A stretch of 64,000 nucleotides of DNA from positions 26,786,001 through 26,850,000 of the forward strand of contig NW_024704742.1 in assembly GCF_018977255.1 (NCBI RefSeq), given 5' to 3'. Shown piece after piece: positions 12,985-24,975 of the stretch (within the stretch, counting starts at the first letter, position 1; each line of letters begins with the position of its first letter). A program made the translations under genes and the position numbers. This DNA is from Callorhinchus milii (lineage: Eukaryota). The notes beneath the pieces are model-generated. The model was not told where the DNA came from. It worked only from the letters and a program-made list of their open reading frames with translations, and did not search any database.

Positions 12985-15530
12985 CTCTCCCTCCTCCTCT
13001 CCCTCCCTCTCCTCTCCCTCTCCCTCTCTCTCCTCTCCCTCTCCTCCCCCTCCCTCTCCTCTCCCTCTCCTCTCCCCCCCCTCCCTCTCCTCTCCCTCTC
13101 CTCCCCTCCCTCTCCTTCCCTCTTCTCCCCCTCCCTCTTCTCCCCTCCCTCTCCTCCCCCTCCCTCTCCCTCCCCCCTCCCTCTCCCCCCTCCCTCTCCT
13201 CCCCCTCCCTCTCCCCCCTCCCTCTCCTCCCCTCCTCTCCTCCCCCTCCCTCTCCTCTCCCTCTCCTCCCCTCCCTCTCCTTTCCCTCTCTCCCCTCCTC
13301 TCCTTTCCCCTCCTCCCCTCTCCTCTCCTCCCTCCCTCTCCCCCTCCCTCTCCCTCCCCCTCCTCTCCTCCCCCTCCCTCTCCCCCCCTCCCTCTCCCCC
13401 CCTCCCTCTCCTCCCCCTCCCTCTCCTCTCCCCCCCCTCCTCTCCTCTCCCCCCTCCCTCTCCTCTCCCTCCCTCTCCCCCCCTCCCTCTCCTCTCCCTC
13501 CTCTCCCCCCTCCTCTCCTCCCCCTCCCTCTCCTCTCCTCTCTCTCCCCTCCCTCTCCTCTCCTCTCTCCCTCCCTCTCCTCTCCCTCCCTCTCCTCTCC
13601 CCCCCTCCCTCTCCCTCCCTCCCTCTCCTCCCCTCCCTCTCTCTCTCCTCTCTCTCCCTCTCCTCTCTCTCTCCTCTCCCTCTCCTCTCCCTCTCTCCTC
13701 TCCCTCTCACTCTCCTCTCCCTCTCCTCTCCCTCTCTCTCCTCCCTCCCTCTCCCTCTCTATCTCCTCTCCCCCTCTCCCTCTCCTCCTCTCCCTCTCCC
13801 TCCCTCTCCTCTCCCTCTCCCTCTCCTCTCCCTCTCCCTCTCCTCTCCCTCTCCCTCTCCTCTCCCTCTCCTCTCCCTCTCACTCTCCTCTCCCTCTCAC
13901 TCTCCTCCCCCTCACTCTCCTCTCCCTCTCTCCTCTCCCTCTCACTCCACTCCCCTCTCCTCTCCCTCTCCTCTCCCTCTCTCTCCTCCCCCTCCCTCTC
14001 CCTCTCTCTCCTCTCCCCCTCCCTCTCCTCCCTCTCCTCTCCCTCTCCCTCCCTCTCCTCCCCCCCTCCCTCTCCTCTCCCCCCCTCCCTCTCCTCCCCC
14101 CTCCCTCTCCTCTCCTCCCCCTCCCTCTCCTCTCCCTCTCCTCCCCCTCCCTCTCCTCTCCCTCTCCCTCTCCTCTCCCTCTCCTCCCCCTCCCTCTCCT
14201 CTCCCTCTTCTCTCCCTCCCTCTCCCTCTCCCTCTCTCCCCCTCCTTCCCTCCCCCCTTCTTCTTCCCCTCCCCCCCTCTCTCTTGCCCCTCACTCCTCT
14301 TCCTCGCCATCCCTCTTCCACTGTTCCCCTTCCCTCTTCTTTCTCCCCCTCCCTCTCCTTCCCCCCTCCCTCTTCTTCCTCTCCCCTCCCTCTTCTTCCT
14401 ACCCCCTTCCTCTTCTTCACCCCCTCCCTCCCTCTCCCTTTCTCTTCCTCCTCTCCTTCCACCTCCTCCCTCTTCCTCTCTCTCCTTCCTCCCCCTCCCT
14501 CTTTCTCCTCCTCTTCCTCCTTCTCTCTTCTTCCTTCCCTCTTCTTCCTCCTTCCCGCTTCTTCCCTCTTTTTCCTCCTTCCTCCTCCTTCTTCCTCCCT
14601 GATCTCCCTCTTCCACCTTCCTCCCACCACCCTCCCCTTTCCTCTCATACCCCTTCCTTTTCCTCCCATCCTCCCTTCTCCTCCCGCCTCCCTCCTTTCT
14701 CTTCCCCTCTTCTCTTTTCTATTCCTCCCCTCCCTCTTCTTCCTCCCCTCCCTCTCTTACTCTTCCTCTGTTCCCTCTAACCCCATCCTGCTTCCTCTTC
14801 GTCCGCTCCCTCTATCCCCCTCTTCTCCTCCTTCCTCCCCCTCCTTCTTGTTCCTCTCCCCCTATCTTTTCTCCCTCTCCCTCACTCTTTCTCCCTCTTC
14901 CTTCCCTCTTCCTCTCTCCCTGCCGCTCCCCTCCCCCTCCCTCTTTCTCCCTCTTGTAACCTCTTCCTCCTCCCTTCCTCTTCTTCCTCCTCCCTCCCTC
15001 GTCTTCCCCCCTCCCTCCCTCGTCTTCCCCCCTCCCTCCCTCGTCTTCCCCCCTCCCTCCCTCGTCTTCCCCTCCCCCTCCCTCTTTCTCCCTCCCTCTT
15101 TCTCCCTTCCTCTTTCTCCCTCCCTCTCCATCTCTCCCCGTCCCTTCTTCATCTCCCTACCGCTTCCTTATTCCTCCCGCTTCTTCCTCCCGCTTCTTCC
15201 TCCCGCTCTTCTCCCACCCCTCCCCCCTCTTCTACCCCACCCTCTTCTAAACCCCCTCTTCTCCCACCCCTCCTCCCTCTTCCCACTCCTCTTCTAAACC
15301 CCCTCCTCTCCCACCCCTCCTCCCTCTTCCCACTCCTCTTTCCCCTTCCTCCTCTCTCTGCCCCTCCCACTTTCTCCCTCTATCCCCTCCCTCTTCTTTC
15401 CTCTGCGCCTCCCTCTTCTCTCCGCTCCCCCCACTCCCTTCCTCTCTCCCTCACCCCCCCCTTCTTCCTGCCTCTCTCCACCAAGCCCCTCCCTCCACAC
15501 CTCCTTTGGCCTCTGGGATCCCTCCCCCAC
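12985..15530 (+). repeat. About 2.5-kb C/T-rich low-complexity polypyrimidine tract
   Basis: Almost entirely C and T on the + strand. Contains a 21-bp unit x4 (about 14989-15072) and a roughly 50-bp duplication near 15240-15340. Confidence 0.95.
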
Positions 15531-16274
15531 TTCAAACTGATTTGTAATCGAGTATTTTATATCAGTTATAATAGAAAGCTATAGTGTACTTTTTAAAGAA
15601 TTTCATTGTTTTTTTACAGTTTACAAACGCTGTGTCGTCTTTAATGTGATAACTTTTTTGGGTGTGGTTGTTTGCATTTGCGGAACTGTACAGAGACGGT
15701 CATGACAAAGCAGGTTTAACTTGCAGCAATGTATCAGGAAAGAAAGACTGTGACATTCACTTTCTGCTTCAATGTGATACTGTAGTATCTTGGCATTTTC
15801 AAGTTTCACTGTAAGTTTTATGCTTAAAATGGTCTTAAGCAACTAAGGTGACCTAATAGTGTCAATGGTGGTTCTATTTACGCAACTTATGAAGATATCA
15901 CTTTTCTTATGGAAGAACATCTCAAAGTACACTGAGATACTCTTTTAATTACCCGATTCAATACTAATTGGAAGTGTTGTCTCATTTTCATTTTGCTAAA
16001 ATAATACAGTGCATCATTAACTTTAGTGGCAGTCCATTGCAATTCTCCAGGATGTTTCATACATTTTATAGTTTTGGGAAAACTATCAGAACATGAACAT
16101 TAGAAATTGATTGTTAGAAATTTGTGGTGTGGTTGCACTCTTACCTTTGGATAGGAACATTGTGGATTTGAGTTCTATGTTGCAACTTGGAGCTCACAGT
16201 CTTGGTGACAATCCAGGAACACCCAGTGGGTGGGTGGGGAAAAGCAATGGATTTTTGGATGTACCAATTTAACA

Positions 16275-16660
16275 ATAATCGTTGCATTTGATATGGTGCC
16301 TTTTCATGTCAGGAGGACATTTCAAAATGTATCACAGGATTTAATGTGTAACACGGCAGCCTAGTTGTGCCCAACAGTGTCCCGCAGCTGTGGAGTGAAT
16401 GAAATTATCAATTTTATTTGTGGGGTTTTTGAGAACAGAACATTAGGAGAAATTCCCTTCTCTTTTCAAGCAGTGCCATGGGAACTTTAATGTTCATCCG
16501 GACCAAGCAGGTGGGACCTTGGCTTAGTGTCTCATCCGATGGACAGCACTGACAAGGCAACACGACACCTGCACGACACTGGAGTGTTAGCGTTGACAGG
16601 GCTTGAACCCTTAACCTCTGATTAAGAGGCAAGAACCTTACCAATTGAGCCAGTCTGATA
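16275..16660 (-). mobile_element. Older Deu-domain SINE (SacSINE1/AmnSINE-like)
   Basis: Minus-strand tRNA-like head (GGCTCAATTGGTAAG...TCAGAGGTTAAGGGTTCAAGCC) plus GTGCTGTCCATCGGATGAGACACTAAGCCAAGGTCCC...CCCATGGCACT. Related copies lie near 23040-23400, 38460-38720, 46020-46260, 53180-53560 and 61400-61800. Confidence 0.7.
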
Positions 16661-17384
16661 GCCATGAGACTATTTTCAGTCTTGAAAGGGGATGACCTTC
16701 CATATATAACATTTTAAATAGGATTGAAAAAGTAAACCCAGATTAATACGTTAGGATGTACCAAGAAAGTAGGTGAGGACATAGGTTTAAGGGGCAATTT
16801 AACGGCAAACATTGGGAAGCATTTTGTTTCTCAGTGGGTGATTACCAACTATAACAAGTGGTTGAGGTCAGGATGCTGGACTCATTTAAAAAGGTAGGAG
16901 GACAGTGCGTATTCTGGAAGGCTGAAATCAAATTTGACCAGATCCTGTGACAAACTGCAATTGTGTCGAACAAGGTTCCCCAACACTGTTCAAAAAGGGA
17001 GGTTCCTCCAGAACCTGATCAACAATCTTAAAGATAAATTCACTTCATTTGCTGTTTTGGGGTCATTTTTGTGCAGAAAACTGTGAGGTCATGGAAGTTG
17101 TATGGAAAATGTAGGTCACTTGTTTGGTTGCTTCATCCTCCGCCCTCCCGACAGAGTTTTGTGGATTCAAGCTGCAAAATGAGAGCTCATTCAACGTTTG
17201 AGATAGGATGAGCATTAACCATGGGACCAGATAAACTGCTACGGAGTCCTGTAACAGTTTACCTAAGCACTCGCCTTGCAAGCGAGAGGACCCGAGTTCG
17301 ATTCCCGACAAGGTGAAATATTGGGCATGTTTTCTTACTCCACACACCTCTGTTTACCTAGCAATAAGTAGGAACTCAGAAATA

Positions 17385-19200
17385 GAGGTCCCAGACTTTT
17401 TCGCCTCAAAGATTGAAAATATCTGCTTGGCTGCGTTGTCCTCCTCCACCCTTCATGTCCCCTTCCACCCCATACAGACCATCCACACCGCCTTTTCCTT
17501 CCGCCACGGCTCCTGAAACTCCCTCCTCCCACTCAACCACAATCACCCGCATGAAGTTCACCACCTGCTGTCTCGATCCCTTCCCCACCCAACTGCTGGT
17601 CACTCAACTCCGCCTCCTCATACCCCCCTGCTGGCTGACACAGACGACCAGTTTCTCTCCTCGGGCTCTGTTCTATGCCGCCTGAAAACCGCTGTTATCA
17701 CACCCCTCCTTAAAAAAACCCATCCTCAATCGCTCTAATCTCTCACACTACCGTTCCATTTGCACCCCTTCCTTGCTAAAGTCCAAGGAACGCATTGTTG
17801 CAGGTCTACTTTGGTCACACCTCTCCCTCCACTCCCTCCTCGAGCCCCTGCAGTCTGCTTTTCGTCCTGCCCACAACACAGAGACAGCGCTTGTCAAAGC
17901 CACAAACGACATCCTCTATCTGTGACCAGGGATCCATCTGTCTCCTCATCCTCCTGGATCTCTTTACTGCGTTCGACACAGTCAACCACGGCATCCTCCT
18001 CCACTGCCTCTCCTCCCTCATCCACCTTAGTGGGACCTCACTCGCATGGTTCGAGTCCTACTTAACAAACTGCCTCCACTTCATCTCGGCAAATGGTTTC
18101 TCCTCCCGCACCGCCCGGTCACCTGTGGGGTACCCTGGGGCTCCATCCTTGGCCACCTTCTTTGCTCATCTATATGCTCCCTCTTGACGATGTTATCCAC
18201 AGACTTCCACATGTATGCAGATGACGCACAGATCTACTTTGCCTCCTCCGGCATCGAGTCCAGGTCCACCAATGTTCTATCAGCTTGTTTGGCAGACATC
18301 AGTGCCTGGATCAGTGCAAACTTCCTGCAGCTGATTGTGGGGAAGACGGAAGCCAAACTCTGGCTTCCATCAATGTCAACACAACAAGATTCCATTTATA
18401 AAGCGCCTTTCACGTCAGGAGGACGTCCCAAGGCGCTGTCTTCACTCCTGTGGATCAAACCCCTCAACTGCCCTAGGCTCTCTCTCAGACTCACCAAACC
18501 AGGTGCAATCTAGGCGTCCAGTTCGACCCCCAGCTGTTCTTCCTCTCCCAAATCCAGTCCCTAACCGGGACCACCTTCCTCCACCTCCCATCAAGTTGCT
18601 CACCTCCAACCGTATCTTATCCCAAATGCAGCCAAAACCCTTGTGCATGCGTTTGTCACCTCCCACCTGAATTACTCAAATGCACACTTCACCATTCTCC
18701 CCAGCTCCACTATTCAAAAAATCCAGCTAATTCAAAACTCTGCTGTCCGCATTCTTACCCGGACCAAACTCCATACCCCCATCTCGCCAGTTCTGGCCAG
18801 GCTCCACTGGCTCCCCATCACTGAACGGATCGATTTCAAGATGCTCACACTCATGTTCAAATCCATTCACTCTCCTGGCACTCTCCAACCTCCTCACTCC
18901 CCAATCCATCGCCCGGCACCTCTGCCTGACTGGCATCCACTTCCTATTTGTCCTCCGCACCCTCTGCTCCACCATTGAGATTGCGCTTTCAGCCACTATG
19001 CCCCGAAACTGTGGAACACTCCCTCAATCCCTCTGCCTTGCCCGTTTTCAAGTCCCACCTGAAAACCTTGCTTTTCGACCGTGCTTATGGTCACCTCGCC
19101 CCATCTCCCCTGGCTCTGAGTCGGGCTTCACAACTGTTAGGGGCTCTGAGGCGCCAGCCTGCGTGGAGGGCGCTATATAAGTGCAAGATGTTGTTGGTTC
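17385..19200 (+). mobile_element. L2-clade LINE ORF2 fragment (frameshifted)
   Basis: QSAFRPAHNTETALVK, LLDLFTAFDTVNH, HMYADDAQIY, HAFVTSHLNY, LHWLPI and an L2 3' tail. A short antisense L2 tail is inserted at about 18377-18445. Confidence 0.9.
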
Positions 19201-19229
19201 TGTGTTAATGTAGTTGGATTGGAAGGAAG

Positions 19230-19900
19230 ACTGTGAATTTCATCACACAGACATTTTCCCAAACGTGGAATCTACTCTTGCAATCAAAGTTTGGGATAGA
19301 TACCATGGGAAGATATTCAAAAACATTGGTAGATAATTTGTGTTTTAGGTTGATATTACTCTGCAGTTACATTAGCTCCATTTTGAAGCGAGCAGTTACA
19401 TTGACCACCTTCATGGTGAAGGGAAATTCAAACAAATCAAATTCTATTTTCTTTGCTTTAAAGTTTTTAAAACATCTGGAGAACTGAGTGTGAAAAAGGC
19501 TGATTTTTGCAGAATCATACCATTCGGAAGACAATAAGGAAATTGGTTGCCAATAGTAGTGAGTGTTAGAAAGTGGCCAAAGTTGCTTTCTTGCAGTTCT
19601 CGCCCACAGTTGAAGCTTCAACTCAAACTCACGCACATGGCTATACAGCAATGTGACAAATTGATTGCACACTTGAAGATACGTTTTCAGAATATTGAAG
19701 TGCTCAATCAAGTACATCAGAAATGCCAGGTTGTAGACCAATATTCATTTGACAACTCAGGTGTATTAGAATGTGAAACATGCAGAAGGCAGATTTATCT
19801 AAGCCTTGAATGTGTAGAAACATTTCAAAATTGTATCACAACTCAACCAGCGAACCTCTGAACTGCACTGAATATAGACTGTTCAGTTCTTTCAGTAGGC
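19230..19900 (-). mobile_element. hAT (Charlie/SPIN/GTF2IRD2-like) transposase relic
   Basis: Minus-strand EVRWLSCDTILKCF (cf. EVRWLSRG), LAFLMYLIEHFNILKTYLQVCNQFVTLLYSHVREFELKLQLW, FSRCFKNFK..FDLFEFPF...MELM. Stops and frameshifts are present. Confidence 0.8.
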
Positions 19901-21419
19901 TGAAATATTCTTGAGCATGGATGAAATTTACGATGTCTATTTTCTTCACTATTTTCCGACAAATATATTAACGAACAATGCATTAGTACGATGTGAATTG
20001 GAACAATGAGTTTTACAAACACAAAGTTTGTAAAAAAATATATATTTGATGTTGTAAATTCTAATATTCAATTATAAATTTAATATTGTAAAATGTTTAG
20101 AGAGAAAGTCAAATACTTCATATAGGAAGCTGTATTGTATTTAATGCAATAAATATATCATTTATATTAAAGAAAAGGCAAATGAACTGCTTCATAAACT
20201 TAACATTTGCCAAATTCAGTGCTATAGATTGCAGATAATTGCCCTGTTCCTATCTGACCCAGTGCCATTATTATATATTTTCCAATGGCTTACCTGGGCT
20301 CAACGGCTTTCCCGCTCAGTGCTGCTAAAGTCATTTTTGATGCATCGTAGGGTTCTAACCCTCATCCTCTAATTCTCATCTATACACTGCCCCTTAATGA
20401 CATTCTTAACAAACATGGAGTTAGCTTTTACGATGTAACAAGAACATAAGCTTGAAATGTATATAAACTCTTGACCTTTGTGTCTAGTACTAAATGAGGT
20501 ATGAGTAAGATGAGTTGGTGTGCATTGTTTTATCACCAAAACAGATTGTGCATAATCTATTGCACAATCATTTTTTTCCCCACAGTTTCTATATTTAATC
20601 ACAGGTATTGCTTTGTAGCCTCTAAACTGATTAAAGTAAAAGGGGTCAATTGAATTCTGAGTGGTGTGATACATTTGAGTGAAAACCTGCAATACAAAGA
20701 TGTAACGTATCCAAATGCTTGAGTCTATAGTACAACAGAGTCGCGATTAAATCTTTGTTAGAGTACTTTTCTTAGGAAGAAGTATTGTACTTAATTATAT
20801 TTCCACCTGTTTGGATGTACAGTAGCCCGGCAAGTTGTACAGAAGAAACCCTTTATAATACACATAATGACATGGTTTAGTTTGTAACGCGATTGAGTTA
20901 TGAACCATGATATTTTCTAAAAATCTAAATTCCTGACATTGCCCAAATCCATTGTTTTACAAACGTGCCGGTGCAATAACAGATGCACCCGAATTAAGTT
21001 GCTGACTTTACGTGCAAATGTGTTAACTTGATTGGTGACTTCACCATGTGGATGCAGATTGCAATTCTATGGCCCCCCCCAACTATACTTATAATATAAT
21101 AATCAGTAGTTTGATTGATCAGTTTCTGCAGATGAGTTTTAACATTATTTTGGCTCTTATATTCACCAACAAAAGTTATATGTATTGCAGTTTTATAGCC
21201 TATATATTATAACCCACACCTTTTAATACGATTATATGGAATTTAATGCAATCTTGCATATTTCAAACCTTTCTAAACATTCCCCTGAAACCAATAATGC
21301 ATATTATTATATAATATATTTGTATTCTTACCTGTTTGAAATATGCTTGTTAACAAAAAAAACTTAATTCGCTCACGAGGGAGAAGGGAATAGGAGGGTC
21401 CGGCTTGTGTGCAAAATCT

Positions 21420-21830
21420 GTCATGGAGTTTGTAGGTCAGATGGCCGTGTGGCATTCCATATTGTCTCATAGTAAACTCTGCACTCCCATCACCCCAGTG
21501 CATGCCAAGCTCCACTGGCTCCCTATTGCAGAACAGATCAATTTCAAGATCCTCACTCTTACGTATAAATCAATTTATGCCGTGGCACCTCCCTACCTCC
21601 CGACATGCTTACGCTACCCTTCTCTACCATCAGCAGCCGTGCTTTCAGCCACTAAGCCCCAAGACTTTGGAATTCCCTGCCTCAATCTTTCTTGCACCCT
21701 GCTTCTCTGACTTCAGATCACATCTGAAAACCTTTTTGACCGCCTCTATGGTCACCTCCTCTTGCCCCCTTGCTCGACATCAAGCTCCACCACGCTTAAG
21801 CGGTTCAAGATGCTATCATACTATGTAATT
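21420..21830 (+). mobile_element. L2 3' fragment
   Basis: TPITPVHAKLHWLPIAEQINFKILTLTYKSIYAVAPPYL. Confidence 0.8.
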
Positions 21831-22099
21831 CTATGTAACAGGAGCAGTTTGTACCTGGTAGCTATGGTCACTTTAAACTGGATCTGCATTTATTGTACCT
21901 GTAATGATAATATTGCAAGAAATACATTTTCGCAACTCAAGATTGGTATATTGCTTTTAAGTAGATGTTGAAATGAGTTATTGTTATATTTAAAACATTA
22001 CCAAAAATTGATTTATTTCATAGGGATGCACATTCAAACTACAATTCAAAATTTGTATTTATGAGCAAAAAATAGTGATACCACTTTTTGCATTATGAA

Positions 22100-22420
22100 A
22101 TAATTATAATAATAATCCTTGCATTTGATACAGCTCTTTTCACGCCGGGAGGACGTCCCAAAGCGCTTCATAGAACACATTGTAAAGTGAATTGGCTGTA
22201 TATTTGTGGGCGAATGCGGCAGCCAATTGCGCACAGCAATGTCCCACAAACAGTCGTAGATTGAAAATGACCAATTTATTATTGTTTTGGGTTTTGGAGG
22301 GATTATTATTAGTCGTGTGGAGTAAGGAAACTTGCCCAAGGTCTCGCCCTCTGCCTGGAATTGAACTCAGGTCTCACTTGCAAAGCGAGTGCTTTTACCA
22401 TTGAGTTCCAGGACTCCACT
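22100..22420 (-). mobile_element. tRNA-derived SINE, near full length
   Basis: Same family as 692-1065, with head, core and (AAT)n tail. Confidence 0.85.
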
Positions 22421-23796
22421 AAGAACAGGTTCAAGCTGTTTTCTTCTCTCAGTACAGTCTGTTCTTGTATAGTAATTTGTCATATTAGTAGCAGTTTGGT
22501 TTTTTATCAAATTTAATAAGAGGCTACATCTTATTTCAAAAATCAGTTGTTCAAAATCACGTACATATTTAAAATGTGGAATTAAGAGGACAAAATATTG
22601 CACAGCATTTAAGTTAACCTGTTTTATTTACTCAGACTGGTTCCCTTTTTTAAATTTATATTTTTGTGTCCATAAACACTACCATTGTTTAATTTGTGAG
22701 TCTGAAGGATAGATACCATTGTGGCGAGCGTAACACGAAAATAGACAATAACTGAACCATATTTTAAGATGGTATAGAAATGTGCAACTAAAACTAATAG
22801 TATAAATTGAAGCATGAAGATTCAAAGTTAGGGTAGACTACAGAGACGTTTGTATAACTGTGCATTGTGATGGCTTATCATTCAGCCAAGGAGTAGTGAC
22901 AACATAGAATCCCAAAAATTAATGTGGAAACATTTTGAAAATTCAGACTTTAGCCACAGGTTGAAGAAAATATGTAAAAGTTACCCGGTAGATGAACTAC
23001 ACTTCTTTCTTACTAAAAACATTTTTCTACTTGTCTGAGTTGGTAGCACTAACCTCTCGGTCAGAACGTGCAAACCACAGGTAAGTTCACCATCCAGGCT
23101 GATACTCCAGCATAATACTGGATGAGCACTGCACCGTCAGAAGTGCCAAGTGCTTTCATCTGAAGCATTAAAAGAGGGGTGCTGTTTGGGTAGATGTTAA
23201 CAATCCCATGGCACTGTAGTATGGTACACTGACTGACAATCCTGCAGATAATTCACTTCCTGGGTACTTGTGGGACCTGCTGTATGTAAAATGGCTGCTT
23301 TGTTTGCCTGCAATTTCAGTCTCCACACGTAACAGAAATTCTCCTACATTTTGATATTATAAGCACTGTATCAAATACAAAGATTAATATTACTCTGTAA
23401 ATTTATTATTTTGGGCGAGGCTATTTGATACAAAGTACATTTATTATTTTGAAAGTTCAATACATAGCTGAGCATCAACACTGTTGTACAGTATTTCTAA
23501 AACATTAGTCAATGAAGTAAGAGTAGTATTTTTAATTTTTTTATTTACTTTGTTATATAACAATGCTTTTTAAATTTACAGACTAAGTTTACAGCTTGTT
23601 AGCTAGCGGTGATTTAGTGATTCTCACCTAAATTATGAATTTGGCAGCATAGCTTATTTAGGATCAAATTTTCTCTAGATTTGTTCTTGGGCTCCAGGTA
23701 AGATGTAGATTCCTGTGAATATGCTCACAATTGCTAACAAGAAAATCCAGTTACTTAAGTTCACCCATCACTCAAAATACTTTGAATTTTGGACTA

Positions 23797-23802
23797 TTTA
23801 TT
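23797..23802 (-). terminator. Candidate polyadenylation signal of the actin-like gene
   Basis: TTTATT on + (AATAAA on -), about 55 nt past the actin-like stop codon. ATTAAA variants lie at 23807-23812 and 23828-23833. Confidence 0.5.
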
Positions 23803-23856
23803 TCAGTTTAATCATAAATGTTGAATGTTTAATCACAACAGTCATATAAATAGTTC

Positions 23857-24975
23857 CTAAAAGCACCTTTTGTTAATGATAGCTGGTCCACATTCTCGGT
23901 AATCATTAGCAGTGACCCACATATCCTTAAACGCTGTCAGACTGGTTAAGATTGAGGCTCCCATCCAAACAGAATAGTTCCTGTTTGGTGGTGCGATGAC
24001 TTTCACTTGTACTCCACTGGGGGTTTGCAATTTGATCTCCTTCAGCAGCCTTTCTTCCAGACCTGGAAAAAGAGTGCAACCACCAGAGAGTAATATGTTG
24101 CTAAATAAATCTCTGCGTAAGACTTTATCAAATTTTAAAATACTATTGCAGATCAGTTTGTGAATTCCAGGTTCTTCTAAACCCATGTTGACTGGTGTAA
24201 AAAGTGATTCTGGAGCTCTAAAGAGCTCCTTTTGGATCATGGTCACATTTCCATCAGGGAGCGTGTACTCCTGTTGAATATCTTCTACGTTCTTCTTATT
24301 TTCTACCTTTGGATCGAGAGCAATATAGCAAAGTGTTTCCTTGATGTTCTCAAATATTTCTTTATGTATTGTAGTTGAAAAGTTGTGTCCATTTTCCAAC
24401 AAGAGTCTCCTTACATGTTCAGTGATATCATTCCCAGCCAATTTAAGTCTTTTAACGGCGTCAGGGAGGTAGTAGCCCTCATAAATGGGTACAGCATCAG
24501 TTATTCCAGAACCACTGTCTAGGACTATTCCTCTAGTGCGTCCCGATGCATAGAGTGCCAAAGTTCCAGGGATAGCTATGTACATAGCAGGTACGTTAAA
24601 ACCCTCAAACATGATCTCGGCCATCTTTTCTCTATTACGGAAAGGAGTCAGCGGAGCTGCAGTCATCAAAACTGGTCTTTCTTTTGATTTGATATGAAGC
24701 TCAAATGAATAAACGTGTCTCCAAAGCTTCTCCATATCCTCCCAGGAGGTTATTATGCCACGTTCAATTGGGTACCTTAAGGACAAGAATTCTCTTTTAT
24801 CTTGAGCTTTTTTCCCAAAATAATATTCTGCGTGGCCAGCCTCTCGCGTACATCCTTTGGCTTTGGAGGTACCCACAACGGATGGTATGACTGAGGCTGG
24901 GAAGCTGTCTCCAACTAACCCAGATTTGCAGAACCCAGAGCCGCTATCTATGATTACAGTGGTAATGTCCATCAT
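23857..24975 (-). CDS. Intronless actin-like / actin-related protein (ARP-T-like), 372 aa
   Basis: Uninterrupted ORF colinear with actin: VIIDSGSGFCKSG, YPIERGII, LYASGRT.GIVLDSG, VPIYEGY, YTLPDG, NILLSGG.TLFPG, SVWMGASIL, C-terminal KRCF. The second ATG has a strong context (ATGATGG). Confidence 0.93.
   Translation of the reverse strand: MMDITTVIIDSGSGFCKSGLVGDSFPASVIPSVVGTSKAKGCTREAGHAEYYFGKKAQDKREFLSLRYPIERGIITSWEDMEKLWRHVYSFELHIKSKERPVLMTAAPLTPFRNREKMAEIMFEGFNVPAMYIAIPGTLALYASGRTRGIVLDSGSGITDAVPIYEGYYLPDAVKRLKLAGNDITEHVRRLLLENGHNFSTTIHKEIFENIKETLCYIALDPKVENKKNVEDIQQEYTLPDGNVTMIQKELFRAPESLFTPVNMGLEEPGIHKLICNSILKFDKVLRRDLFSNILLSGGCTLFPGLEERLLKEIKLQTPSGVQVKVIAPPNRNYSVWMGASILTSLTAFKDMWVTANDYRECGPAIINKRCF

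Noticed and set aside
12940..15297. 785-aa Pro/Ser/Leu ORF and the antisense Gly/Glu/Arg ORFs
   Set aside because: Artefact of a C/T-only tract that cannot contain stop codons. No domain or codon structure.
15620..15713. Possible extra non-coding KIAA0232 exon (TTTTTTACAG| ... CAG|GTTTAA); similar candidates near 20585
   Set aside because: Splice-like signals alone are too common to support an exon without transcript data.
23857..24975. Calling the actin-like ORF a conventional actin (ACTB/ACTG1) or a processed pseudogene
   Set aside because: Too divergent for a conventional actin, yet fully open over 372 codons with no poly(A) remnant or TSD seen. No specific gene symbol can be supported.
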